13,406 bases of DNA from Candidatus Methylomirabilia bacterium (GTDB taxonomy: Bacteria; Methylomirabilota; Methylomirabilia; Rokubacteriales; CSP1-6), in contig JBGQEL010000118.1 of NCBI GenBank assembly GCA_041496385.1, positions 1-13,406 of the forward strand, read 5' to 3'. The notes under the pieces are model-generated. The model made no database searches and was not told the DNA's origin. It saw only the letters and a list, made by a program, of their open reading frames with translations. Numbering within the stretch: position 1 is the stretch's first letter; each line of letters opens with the position of its first letter. Made by a program: the position numbers and the translations under genes. This document shows positions 1 to 9,168 of the stretch, in pieces.

Positions 1-1632
1 CAGCGCGTCTACACACCGGGCGACCGCCTGGACTGCCTCGTCGCGATGAATCCGGCCGCGCTCAAGGTGCACCTGCGCGACCTGAAGACGGGCGGGCTGC
101 TGATCGTCAACACGCAGGCGTTCGAGAAGCGCAACCTCGACAAGGCCGGCTACGCGACGAACCCGCTCGACGATCCGGCGCTCGGCGAGCGCTACCGCCT
201 CCACAAGGTGGACATGACGGCGCTCACGCTCGAGGCGATCAAGGACCTGCCGCTCGACACGAAGGAGAAGGACCGCACCAAGAACTTCTTCGCGCTCGGG
301 CTGGTGTCCTGGATCTACACGCGTCCGCTCGAGCCGACGCTCGACTGGATCAAGAAGAAGTTCGCGAAGACTCCGGCGATCGCCGAGGCGAACACGCGCG
401 TGCTCAAGGCGGGCCACGCCTACGGCGAGACGGCGGAAATCTTCGGCGAGCACTACGCCGTCGAGGCGGCCGAGATGCCGCCCGGCCTCTACCGCGCGAT
501 GACGGGCAACCGCGCCCTCGCCTGGGGGCTCCTCGCCGCGGGCCAGCGCTCGAAGGTTCCCATCGTGTACGGCGCGTATCCGATCACACCGGCGAGCGAC
601 ATCCTCCACGAGCTCGCGCTGCACAAGCGCTTCCGCGTCCGGACGATCCAGGCCGAGGACGAGATCGCGGCGGTGACCGCCGCCATCGGCGCCGCCTTCG
701 GCGGGGCGATCGGCGTGACCGCCTCGAGCGGCCCGGGCATCGCCCTCAAGGGCGAGGGGATCGGTCTGGCCGTGACGGCCGAGCTGCCGCTCGTGATCTT
801 CGACATCCAGCGCGGCGGGCCGTCCACCGGTCTCCCGACGAAGACCGAGCAGGCGGACCTGATGCAGGCGCTCTACGGACGCAACAGCGAGTCGCCGGTC
901 GTCGTCCTGGCGCCCGCCACCCCGGGCGACTGCTTCTACATCGCCTACGAGGCGGTGCGCATCGCCGCGAAGTACATGGTCCCCGTCATGGTGCTGAGCG
1001 ACGGGTTCCTGGCGAACGGCTCAGAGCCGTGGCTCATCCCCGACCCGGAGACGCTGCCGCCGATCGACATCCAGTTCCGCACCGAGAAGGACGGGTTCTT
1101 CCCGTATCTCCGCGACCCCGCGACGCTGGCGCGGCCGTGGGTGCGCCCCGGCACGCCCGGGCTCGAGCACCGGATCGGCGGGATCGAGAAGCAGGACGTG
1201 ACGGGCAACATCTCGTACGATCCCGACAACCACGACCACATGGTCCGGACGCGCGCCGAGAAGGTGCGTCGCGTCGCCCAGGAGATCCCGCCGACGTCCA
1301 TCAACGGCCCGGCCACCGGCGACGTGCTCGTCGTGGGCTGGGGCGGGACGTACGGCGCGATCACCGCGGCGGTGGAACGCGCCCAGGCCGAGGGCAAGTC
1401 CGTCGCGTCGATTCACCTGCGCCATCTGAACCCGCTGCCGCCCGACCTCGGACACATCCTGCGCGAGTACCGCCGCGTGCTCGTGCCCGAGATCAACCTC
1501 GGCCAGCTCGTGCGCGTGCTGCGCGCCGAGTACCTCGTGGACGCCGTCGGCTTCAACCGGGTCCGCGGCCTGCCGCTGGCCAGCGACGAGATCGCGGAAG
1601 CCATCAACCAACTCGTAGGGAGTCCCGCATGA
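1..1632 (+). CDS. korA: 2-oxoacid:ferredoxin (acceptor) oxidoreductase subunit alpha, 5'-partial
   Basis: Frame is open from base 1 (QRVYTPGDRLDCLVAMNPAAL...), so the true start lies upstream and ATG 46 is internal. OFOR-alpha motifs YPITPA, EDEIAA, SSGPG, QRGGPSTGLPTK, MVLSDG and GWGGTYG. Substrate (2-oxoglutarate, pyruvate or other) cannot be determined from sequence. Confidence 0.93.
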   Translation, partial: QRVYTPGDRLDCLVAMNPAALKVHLRDLKTGGLLIVNTQAFEKRNLDKAGYATNPLDDPALGERYRLHKVDMTALTLEAIKDLPLDTKEKDRTKNFFALGLVSWIYTRPLEPTLDWIKKKFAKTPAIAEANTRVLKAGHAYGETAEIFGEHYAVEAAEMPPGLYRAMTGNRALAWGLLAAGQRSKVPIVYGAYPITPASDILHELALHKRFRVRTIQAEDEIAAVTAAIGAAFGGAIGVTASSGPGIALKGEGIGLAVTAELPLVIFDIQRGGPSTGLPTKTEQADLMQALYGRNSESPVVVLAPATPGDCFYIAYEAVRIAAKYMVPVMVLSDGFLANGSEPWLIPDPETLPPIDIQFRTEKDGFFPYLRDPATLARPWVRPGTPGLEHRIGGIEKQDVTGNISYDPDNHDHMVRTRAEKVRRVAQEIPPTSINGPATGDVLVVGWGGTYGAITAAVERAQAEGKSVASIHLRHLNPLPPDLGHILREYRRVLVPEINLGQLVRVLRAEYLVDAVGFNRVRGLPLASDEIAEAINQLVGSPA

Positions 1633-2657
1633 GTCCGAGCGGCGCCGGCGCCAAGGAAGCCCCGAAGTACACGAAGAAGGACTTCGAGTCCGATCAGGAC
1701 GTCCGCTGGTGCCCCGGCTGCGGGGACTACGCGATCCTGTCGGCCGTGCAGAAGTCGATGCCCGACCTCGGGATCCCGAAGGAGGACATCGTCTTCATCT
1801 CGGGCATCGGCTGCTCGAGCCGGTTCCCGTACTACATGAACACGTACGGCTTCCACACGATCCACGGCCGCGCGCCGGCGGTGGCGACCGGGCTCCGCGT
1901 GGCGCGCCCGGACCTCAAGATCTTCGTGGTGACCGGCGACGGCGACGGGCTCTCGATCGGCGGCAACCACCTGCTTCACGTGCTCCGCCGCAACGTGAAC
2001 CTGACGATTCTCCTGTTCAACAACCGGATCTACGGCCTCACGAAGGGCCAGTACTCGCCGACGAGCGAGCTCGGCAAGGTCACGAAGTCCACGCCCATGG
2101 GCTCGAGCGACCGCCCCGTGAACCCGCTCGCCTTCGCCCTGGGCTGCGGCGCCACGTTCGTCGCGCGCACGGTGGACCGCAACATCCAGCACATGGAAGA
2201 GATGCTCCGGCGTGCCGCGCGGCACCACGGCACCGGCTTCATCGAGATCCTCCAGAACTGCAACGTCTACAACGACAAGGCGTGGAACGTCATCTACGAC
2301 AAGGAGTCGAAGCTCCAGTACGAGCTGCGGCTCGAGCACGGCAAGCCCCTGCTCTACGGCCCTCCCGACGACCGGAACGCGGTCATCATGGACGGCGTGG
2401 TGCCCAAGGTGGTGAAGGCGAAGAGCGTCCCCGAGAGCGCGCTCTGGGTCCACGACGAGAAGAACCTGAACGCGGCCAAGCTCCTCGCGGACCTCTTCGC
2501 GCCCGACTTCCCGATCCCGATCGGCGTGCTCACCGCCGTCGAGGCGCCGGTGTACGAGGAGATCATCCTGCAGCAGGAGCAGAAGGCGATCTCCGAGCGC
2601 GGCCCCGGCGACATCGCCAAGCTCCTGACCTCCGGAGACACCTGGAAGATCTCCTGA
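1629..2657 (+). CDS. korB: 2-oxoacid:ferredoxin oxidoreductase subunit beta (TPP-binding), 342 aa
   Basis: ATG 1629 overlaps the korA stop (ATGA), so the ORF-track start at 1029 is an overextension. Motifs WCPGCGD, SGIGCSS, TIHGRA, the TPP motif GDGDG...LFNN, and YGLTKGQYSPT. Confidence 0.93.
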   Translation: MSPSGAGAKEAPKYTKKDFESDQDVRWCPGCGDYAILSAVQKSMPDLGIPKEDIVFISGIGCSSRFPYYMNTYGFHTIHGRAPAVATGLRVARPDLKIFVVTGDGDGLSIGGNHLLHVLRRNVNLTILLFNNRIYGLTKGQYSPTSELGKVTKSTPMGSSDRPVNPLAFALGCGATFVARTVDRNIQHMEEMLRRAARHHGTGFIEILQNCNVYNDKAWNVIYDKESKLQYELRLEHGKPLLYGPPDDRNAVIMDGVVPKVVKAKSVPESALWVHDEKNLNAAKLLADLFAPDFPIPIGVLTAVEAPVYEEIILQQEQKAISERGPGDIAKLLTSGDTWKIS

Positions 2658-2676
2658 TCGCGCCGGGGTGTCGCCC

Positions 2677-4122
2677 ATGCTGCTGAGCCCCGGCGTCGTC
2701 GGCGAGCTCCAGCGGATCCTGGGCGCCGGCGGTCTCATCCTCTCGCCCGAGGGCCGGCTCGTCTACGAGTGCGACATGCACACCTTCTACAAGGGCGCGC
2801 CCGACGCCGTCGCCCTCCCCGAGCGCGCCGAGCAGGTCGTCGAGATCGTGCGCCTCTGCCGGCGCGAGCGCCTCCCCATCGTGCCGCGCGGCTCGGGGAC
2901 CGGGCTCATCGGCGGCGTGGCGGCGCCGTCCGGCGGGGTGATGGTCGGCCTCAACCGGATGACCCGGGTCCTCGACGTGGATCTTCCCAATCGCTGCGCC
3001 ACCGTGCAGCCCGGGCTCATCAACCTCTGGCTGACGAAGGCGGTGCAGGACCGGGGCTGGTTCTTCGCCCCCGACCCGTCGAGCCAGATGGTGTCCTCGA
3101 TCGGCGGCAACGTCTCGACCAACGCCGGCGGGCCGCACTGCCTCAAGTACGGGATCACGACCAACCACGTCCTCGGCCTCGAGGTTGTCACGGGCACGGG
3201 TGAGCTCGTGCGGCTGGGCGGCAAGGTCGCCGACCGGCCGGGCTACGATCTCACGGGCGCGACGGTCGGCTCCGAGGGCACGTTCGGCCTCGTGACCGCG
3301 GTCACCGTGCGCCTCACGCACGCCGCGCAGGCGGTCAAGACGATCCTCGCCTCGTTCACCGCGATCGAGGACGCCTCGGAGGCGGTCTCGGCGATCATCG
3401 CAAGCGGCATCATCCCCGCCGCGCTCGAGATGCTCGACGAGCTGATGATCCGCGCGATCAACGAGGGCACGGGGGCGGGATATCCCAAGGACGCCGCGGC
3501 CGTGCTCCTGATCGAGCTCGACGGCCCCGCGGCCGAGGTGGACGCGCAGGGCGAGCGCGCCGCGCTCTTCTGCTGGGAGCGCGGCGCCCTCGAAGTGCGC
3601 GTGGCGCGGGACGACGCCGAGCGCGCGCTGCTCTGGAAGGGGCGGAAGGAGGCGGCGGGCGCGGTGGGGCGGCTCGCGCCGGCCTACCTGCTGCAGGACG
3701 CCGTGGTCCCGCGCTCCAAGCTGCCGGCGATCATGCGCGAGCTGGTCCTGATCGGCGCCCGCCACCGCGTCCAGATCGCCAACGTCTTCCACGCGGGCGA
3801 CGGCAATCTCCACCCGCTGATTCTCTACGACGACCGGAACCCGGACGAGCTCGAGCGCGCCAAGGCGGCGAACGAGGAGCTGCTGCGCGCGTGCATCGCG
3901 ATGGGCGGGACGGTCACCGGTGAGCACGGTGTGGGCCTCGACAAGGCGAAGAACCTGCCGCTCCAGTACGCCGACGCCGACCTGAACTTCATGTTCCGCC
4001 TCCGGCGCGTCTTCGACCCCGACGGGATCATGAATCCGGGCAAGCTCCTGCCCACGCACCCGGCCTGCGGCGAGGGCTTCCGTCCCGAGCGCCCGCGCCT
4101 GCCCGAGGGCGCCTGGATCTGA
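2677..4122 (+). CDS. glcD: FAD-linked 2-hydroxyacid (glycolate/D-lactate-type) oxidase subunit GlcD
   Basis: PRGSGTGLIGG, PDPSS...IGGNVSTNAGGPHCLKYG, GSEGTFG, FHAGDGNLHP and TGEHGVG...MNPGK of the FAD-binding PCMH/FAD-oxidase C family. ATG 2677 preferred because GGGGTG lies 6 nt upstream; GTG 2668 is the alternative start. Confidence 0.88.
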   Translation: MLLSPGVVGELQRILGAGGLILSPEGRLVYECDMHTFYKGAPDAVALPERAEQVVEIVRLCRRERLPIVPRGSGTGLIGGVAAPSGGVMVGLNRMTRVLDVDLPNRCATVQPGLINLWLTKAVQDRGWFFAPDPSSQMVSSIGGNVSTNAGGPHCLKYGITTNHVLGLEVVTGTGELVRLGGKVADRPGYDLTGATVGSEGTFGLVTAVTVRLTHAAQAVKTILASFTAIEDASEAVSAIIASGIIPAALEMLDELMIRAINEGTGAGYPKDAAAVLLIELDGPAAEVDAQGERAALFCWERGALEVRVARDDAERALLWKGRKEAAGAVGRLAPAYLLQDAVVPRSKLPAIMRELVLIGARHRVQIANVFHAGDGNLHPLILYDDRNPDELERAKAANEELLRACIAMGGTVTGEHGVGLDKAKNLPLQYADADLNFMFRLRRVFDPDGIMNPGKLLPTHPACGEGFRPERPRLPEGAWI

Positions 4123-5417
4123 TGCCGGTCGCCGCGCGGTCGATCGTGAGCGCGCTGCGCGGGATGCTGGGTGGGGAGCGCGTGCGCGACGACGAGGCGG
4201 CGCGCGCCGCCGCCGCGCTCGACGGCCTCGCCCCGCGCTGGGTTGTGAGGCCGGCCGCGCTCGCGCAGGTGCGCGATGTACTCGGCCTCGCGCACGACGC
4301 GGGCCTCGCGGTCATCCCGCGCGGCAGCGGCTCGAGCCTCGAGCTCGGCCACCCGCCGGCGCGCATGGACGTGCTGCTCGATCTCTCGGGGCTGGACCGG
4401 ATCGTCGAGTACAACCCGGACGATCTGACCATCACCGTCGAGGCCGGTGCGACGGTCGGCGCGCTCACGGCGCGGCTCGCCGCGCGCCGGCAGATCCTGC
4501 CCCTCGACCCGCCCGGCGCCCTCACGCGGACGCTCGGCGGGGTCGCCGCCACCAACGCGAGCGGGCCGCTCCGCGCGCGCTACGGCACGATGCGCGACCT
4601 GGTGCTCGGCGTGCGGTTCGTGCAGGCGGACGGTGTCCTGACCTGGGGCGGCGCCCGCGTGGTCAAGTCGGTGAGCGGTTACGACGTGCCGAAGCTGATG
4701 GTGGGCTCGCTCGGAACGCTCGGCGTCCTCGGCGAGCTGACGCTCCGGCTCTATCCGCTGCCGGACGCCGAGGCCACGTGGCTCGTGTCCTGCCGTGATG
4801 CCGCCGCGGCGCAGGAGCTGGTCCTCCGGATTCTCGACTCGACCATCCAGCCGGGCCGCGTCGAGCTGCTCAACGGCGCCGCGCTCGCGGCGTGCGGCGC
4901 GGTCGAGAGCGCCGCCGCCGTGGCGGTCTCCATCGCGACCGTGGAGGCCGCGGTTCGGGCGCAAGGGGAGGCGCTGGACGCGCTGGCGCGCGCGGTCGGC
5001 GCCGCGGCGCGGCCCGGCGGCGAGGACTTCTGGACGCGCTACGGCGCGGCGACCGAGGGCGGGCGAGGCACGACGCTCCTCGTCGCCACGCTCGCGTCGA
5101 AGCTGGCCGAGACGGTCGCCGAGATCGAGCGGAGCGGGCCGGCGATGATCGCGGGGTGCGGCGCGCTCGGGAGCCTGCGGGTGTCGCTCCCGTCGCGCGA
5201 CCCGGCGCACGTGAAGGCCGTCGTCGAGCGTCTCCGCGCCCGCCTGGCACCGGACGGCGGCAGCGTCGTCGTCCAGCGCGCGCCGCGCGACGTGCGCGTC
5301 GCCGTCGATCCGTGGGGCCCGATCGCGCCCGGCGCCTTCGCGCTCATGCAGGCACTCCGGGACGAGTTCGACCCCGCGCGCGTGCTGAACCCCGGCCGCT
5401 TCGTCGGCGGGCTCTGA
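4122..5417 (+). CDS. glcE: GlcE-like FAD-binding subunit
   Basis: TGATG overlap with glcD. Motifs PRGSGSS, TLGGVAATNASGP, GGARVVKSVSGYDVPKLMVGSLGTLG and C-terminal FDPARVLNPGRF. Lacks the GEHG motif, as expected for GlcE. Lies between glcD and glcF. Confidence 0.85.
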   Translation: MPVAARSIVSALRGMLGGERVRDDEAARAAAALDGLAPRWVVRPAALAQVRDVLGLAHDAGLAVIPRGSGSSLELGHPPARMDVLLDLSGLDRIVEYNPDDLTITVEAGATVGALTARLAARRQILPLDPPGALTRTLGGVAATNASGPLRARYGTMRDLVLGVRFVQADGVLTWGGARVVKSVSGYDVPKLMVGSLGTLGVLGELTLRLYPLPDAEATWLVSCRDAAAAQELVLRILDSTIQPGRVELLNGAALAACGAVESAAAVAVSIATVEAAVRAQGEALDALARAVGAAARPGGEDFWTRYGAATEGGRGTTLLVATLASKLAETVAEIERSGPAMIAGCGALGSLRVSLPSRDPAHVKAVVERLRARLAPDGGSVVVQRAPRDVRVAVDPWGPIAPGAFALMQALRDEFDPARVLNPGRFVGGL

Positions 5418-6667
5418 TGCCGGGCGCGTTCACCCACTCCGGCGCGCCCGATCTCGACGAGATCCGCAAGTGCGTCCACTGCGGCATCTGCCTACCACAG
5501 TGCCCGACCTATCGCGTCCTCGGCGAGGAAATGGACTCGCCGCGCGGCCGGATCTACCTGATGCGGGCTGCGGCGGAAGGTCGCGTCGGGCTCAGCGAGA
5601 CCTTCCAGCGCCATTTCGACCTCTGTCTCGGCTGCCGCGCCTGCGAGACCGCGTGCCCGTCGGGGGTGAGGTTCGGCTCGCTCCTCGAGGCGACACGCGC
5701 GCAGCTCAGGCGAGACGGTCCGGGCCCGACGCACCGGCTCCTCCAGGCCCTCGTCTTCGCGGTCGTTCCCGAGCCGGGGCGTCTGGGTGCGGCCCTGGCG
5801 GCCTTCGCCGTCTACAGGCGCTCCGGGCTCCGCGCACTCGTGCGGGCGACGGGTCTGCTGCGGCGGCTCCCGCGCCTCGCGGCGATGGAGGCACTGCTCG
5901 AGGACGTCCCGAGGGCGATTCGGCTGCCCGAGCTCCTGCCCGCCCGCGGACGGGCGCGCGGACGCGTCGGGCTTCTCACCGGCTGCGTCCAGCGCCATCT
6001 CTATCCGGGCGTGAACCGGGACACGGCGCGCCTCCTGGCGCTGGCCGGCTACGAGGTCGTGATCCCGCGAGCGCAGGGCTGCTGCGGCGCGCTGGAGCTC
6101 CACGCCGGACGGGTGGACGCCTACAGGGCGCGCGCCCGCGCGCTGGCCGCGGCGTTTCCCGACGACCTCGACGCCATCGTCACCAACGCCGCCGGCTGCG
6201 GCGCCGCGATGAAGGAGTACGGCCACGCCCTGCCGGAGATCGGCGGCTTCGCCGGACGCGTGCGCGACGTCACCGAAGTTCTCGCCGGGGTCGACCTGCC
6301 ACTCGGACCCCTCGCGCTCACCGTGACCTACCACGACGCCTGCCATCTGGCCCACGGCCAGCGCGTGCGGAGAGAGCCGCGGGAACTTCTCCGCCGCATC
6401 CCGGGCCTCCGCGTCGTCGAGCTTCCCGACAGCGAGCTCTGCTGCGGCAGCGCCGGCATCTACAACCTGCTCGAGCCCGAGATGGCGCGGGAGCTCCTCG
6501 CGCGGAAGATCGAGCGGATCGCGGAGACCGGCGCGCGGGTCGTCGCGGCGACCAACCCGGGGTGCCTGCTCCAGATCGCGCAGGGCTGCCGGGAGCGCGG
6601 CCTGGACGTGGCGCTCGTCCATCCCGTAGAGTTGCTGGCGAGGGCCGCCGATGCGTATCAGGGTTAG
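5417..6667 (+). CDS. glcF: GlcF-like iron-sulfur subunit (2x[4Fe-4S] plus two CCG domains), 416 aa
   Basis: ATG 5417 overlaps the glcE stop (TGATG), so the ORF-track start at 4892 is overextended. Motifs CVHCGICLPQCPTY, DSPRGRI, CLGCRACETACPSG, GCCGA, NAAGCG, YHDACHLAHGQ, CCGSAGIYN and NPGCLLQI. Confidence 0.88.
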   Translation: MPGAFTHSGAPDLDEIRKCVHCGICLPQCPTYRVLGEEMDSPRGRIYLMRAAAEGRVGLSETFQRHFDLCLGCRACETACPSGVRFGSLLEATRAQLRRDGPGPTHRLLQALVFAVVPEPGRLGAALAAFAVYRRSGLRALVRATGLLRRLPRLAAMEALLEDVPRAIRLPELLPARGRARGRVGLLTGCVQRHLYPGVNRDTARLLALAGYEVVIPRAQGCCGALELHAGRVDAYRARARALAAAFPDDLDAIVTNAAGCGAAMKEYGHALPEIGGFAGRVRDVTEVLAGVDLPLGPLALTVTYHDACHLAHGQRVRREPRELLRRIPGLRVVELPDSELCCGSAGIYNLLEPEMARELLARKIERIAETGARVVAATNPGCLLQIAQGCRERGLDVALVHPVELLARAADAYQG

Positions 6668-7025
6668 GGACCACGTGAAGCTCCAGCCGGACCGGATGGC
6701 GAAGATCGCCCTGGCCACGACCGAGCGCGCGCAGCTCGACCTCTATTGCGTGGCGCCGGGCCAGTCGCAGAAGCCGCACACCCACGGCGATCAGGACAAG
6801 ATCTACTACGTCCTCGAGGGCCGGGGACGCTTCCGGGTGGGCGCCGAGGAAGAGGCGCTCGAGCCGGGGGACGCGACCGTCGCGCGCGCCGGCGTCGAGC
6901 ACGGGCTCGTCAACGACGGGACGGCGCCGCTGCTCGTGCTGGTCGTCGTCACGCCGCCGCCCGCGCCAGCGCACGTGTCTCGGGCCACCCACGGCGGCAC
7001 CGGCCCCGCGGCACCCGATAAGTGA
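6651..7025 (+). CDS. cupin-domain protein (cupin_2-like)
   Basis: Cupin motif 1 PGQSQKPHTHGDQDKIYYVLEG and motif 2 GDATVARAGVEHGLVN. Overlaps the glcF end by 17 nt and the next start (GTGA). Confidence 0.8.
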   Translation: MRIRVRDHVKLQPDRMAKIALATTERAQLDLYCVAPGQSQKPHTHGDQDKIYYVLEGRGRFRVGAEEEALEPGDATVARAGVEHGLVNDGTAPLLVLVVVTPPPAPAHVSRATHGGTGPAAPDK

Positions 7026-7756
7026 CCGCGCCCGTCCGCGCGTCGCTCATGGTGACCTGTCTCGGCGACATGTTCTTTCCCGAGGTGGGCGTGCGCGTCG
7101 TCCGGCTCCTCCGGCGGCTCGGCGTCGTCGTCGATTTCCCCGAGGGACAGACCTGCTGCGGCCAGCCGCTGTTCAACTCCGGATATCACGGGGGCGCCGC
7201 GCGGCTCGCCGCCCGGACCGTCGAGCTCTTCAAGGCCGCCGAGCACGTCGTCGTGCCCTCGGGCTCTTGCGCGTACATGGTCAAGCACGAGTTCCCCAGC
7301 CTCCTGCGCGATTCCGCCGCCCGCGAGAGCGCCGCGCGGCTCGCCGGCCGGACCTGGGAGCTGTCGCAGTTCCTCGTGCGGGTGCTCGGGACGACGCGGT
7401 TCAGGGCCAGCGTGAGCGGGCGCGTGACCTATCACGACTCCTGCCACCTCCTGCGCGGCCTCCACGAGTCCGAGAGCCCGCGCGCGATTCTCCGGAACCT
7501 CGAGGGCGCCGAGCTGGTCGACCTGCCGGGCCACGACGAATGCTGCGGCTTCGGGGGGTCGTTCTCGGTGCGGCTGCCGGAGGTCTCCTCGCAGATCCTC
7601 GAGAAGAAGCTGAAGAACATCGAGGCGACGGGCGCCGCGTGCGTCGTGGCGTGCGACGCGGGGTGCCTCATGCAGATGGGCGGCGGGCTGCGCCGCCGGA
7701 GGTCGAAGGTGCGGCCGGTTCATCTGGCCGAGCTGCTCGACGGCGGCGCGTCGTGA
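7022..7756 (+). CDS. lutA: LutA/LldE/YkgE family CCG-domain Fe-S protein
   Basis: TCLGD, QTCCGQP, SGSC, YHDSCHLLR, ECCGFGGSFS and DAGCLMQ. Directly upstream of lutB- and lutC-like genes. Confidence 0.88.
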   Translation: MTAPVRASLMVTCLGDMFFPEVGVRVVRLLRRLGVVVDFPEGQTCCGQPLFNSGYHGGAARLAARTVELFKAAEHVVVPSGSCAYMVKHEFPSLLRDSAARESAARLAGRTWELSQFLVRVLGTTRFRASVSGRVTYHDSCHLLRGLHESESPRAILRNLEGAELVDLPGHDECCGFGGSFSVRLPEVSSQILEKKLKNIEATGAACVVACDAGCLMQMGGGLRRRRSKVRPVHLAELLDGGAS

Positions 7757-9168
7757 GCGACACCGATCTCTCCGTCCCGTTCCGGCGCCGCGCGAACGGC
7801 GCCCTGAAAGACCGACACCTCCAGGAAGCGCTGACGATTGCGACGACCAAGTTCATCGACCTGCGCCGCGAGGCGTTCGGCGAGTTCCCCGAGGGCGAGG
7901 GGCTGCGCGACCTGGCGCGCGAGATCAAGGAGGCGACGCTCCAGCATCTCGACCGCTATCTGGACCAGCTCATCGACAGTGTCGAGCGGCTGGGCGGTCA
8001 CGTGCACTACGCGGGGACGTCCGACGAGGCCCGGCGTGTGGTCCTGGACATCGCGGCGCGCACCGGCGCGCGGATGGCGGTCAAGTCGAAGTCGATGGCG
8101 ACCGAGGAGATCCACCTGAACGAGGCGCTCGAGGCGGCGGGGGTGACCCCGATCGAGACGGATCTGGGCGAGTACATCATCCAGCTCGCGCACGAGCGCC
8201 CGTCCCACATCATCGCGCCGGCGATCCACAAGACGAAGGGCCAGGTCGCCGAGCTCTTCGCCAAGGAGCTGAAGCGCGAGGTCGCGGCGGACCCCGAGGT
8301 GCTGACGGAGATCGCCCGCGGTGAGCTGCGCGAGAAGTTTCTGAAGGCGGACCTCGGGATCACCGGCGCCAACTTCGCCGTTGCCGACACGGGCACGATC
8401 GTGCTGGTGACGAACGAGGGCAACGGCCGCATGGTGACCTCGCTGCCGCGGGTCCACGTGGCGGTGATGGGCGTCGAGAAGGTCGTGCCCTCGATGACCG
8501 ACCTCATGGTCTTCCTGCAGATCCTGGCCAAGAGCGCGACGGGCCAGAAGCTCTCGGTCTACACGACGCTCGTCCGCGGGCCCCGGCGGGCGGGGGAGCT
8601 GGAGGGGCCCGACGAGTTCCACCTGGTGCTGCTCGACAACGGGCGGATCGGGCAGCTCGCGGGGCCGCTGCGCGAGTCGCTCTCCTGCCTGCGCTGCGGC
8701 GCCTGCCTGAACGTCTGCCCCGTCTACCGGCAGATCGGCGGCCACGCCTACGGGCACACGTATCCCGGGCCGATCGGGATCCTCCTCACGGCGATGCTCG
8801 AGGGCCCGCGCTCGGTGAAGGATCTCGCGCACGCCTCCTCGCTCTGCGGCGCCTGCGTCGACGCCTGCCCGGTCCGCATCGACATTCCGCGGATGCTCGT
8901 CGAGCTGCGCCGCGAGGGGGCCGAACGGAGGATCGCGCCGTGGACGGAGCGGCTCGCCTACGGCCTGATGGCGAGGGTGCTCGGGAGCCCGCGGCTCTAC
9001 CGGTGGGGCAAGCCGATCGCGCGCCTCCTGCAGCGGCCGTTCGTCCGCGGCGGGACGATCAGGAGCCTGCCGCTGCTCGCGGACTGGACCCAGACGCGCG
9101 ATCTTCCGCCCGTCGCGGCGCGCACGTTCCAGGAGCGGTGGCGGGACCTGGAGCGGGAGACGTCGTGA
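7753..9168 (+). CDS. lutB: LutB/LldF/YkgF family L-lactate oxidation iron-sulfur protein, 471 aa
   Basis: GTG 7753 overlaps the lutA stop (GTGA). Motifs VKSKSMATEEI, ETDLGEYIIQL, PSHIIAPAIH, TNEGNGR, SATGQ, CLRCGACLNVCPVY and SSLCGACVDACPVRIDIP. Confidence 0.92.
   Translation: MSDTDLSVPFRRRANGALKDRHLQEALTIATTKFIDLRREAFGEFPEGEGLRDLAREIKEATLQHLDRYLDQLIDSVERLGGHVHYAGTSDEARRVVLDIAARTGARMAVKSKSMATEEIHLNEALEAAGVTPIETDLGEYIIQLAHERPSHIIAPAIHKTKGQVAELFAKELKREVAADPEVLTEIARGELREKFLKADLGITGANFAVADTGTIVLVTNEGNGRMVTSLPRVHVAVMGVEKVVPSMTDLMVFLQILAKSATGQKLSVYTTLVRGPRRAGELEGPDEFHLVLLDNGRIGQLAGPLRESLSCLRCGACLNVCPVYRQIGGHAYGHTYPGPIGILLTAMLEGPRSVKDLAHASSLCGACVDACPVRIDIPRMLVELRREGAERRIAPWTERLAYGLMARVLGSPRLYRWGKPIARLLQRPFVRGGTIRSLPLLADWTQTRDLPPVAARTFQERWRDLERETS

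Noticed and set aside
1029..9164. Long N-terminal extensions of korB (from 1029), glcF (4892), lutB (7267) and lutC (8940) in the ORF track
   Set aside because: The extensions are low-complexity off-frame readings of the upstream genes. Recognisable sequence begins at the overlap starts 1629, 5417, 7753 and 9165.
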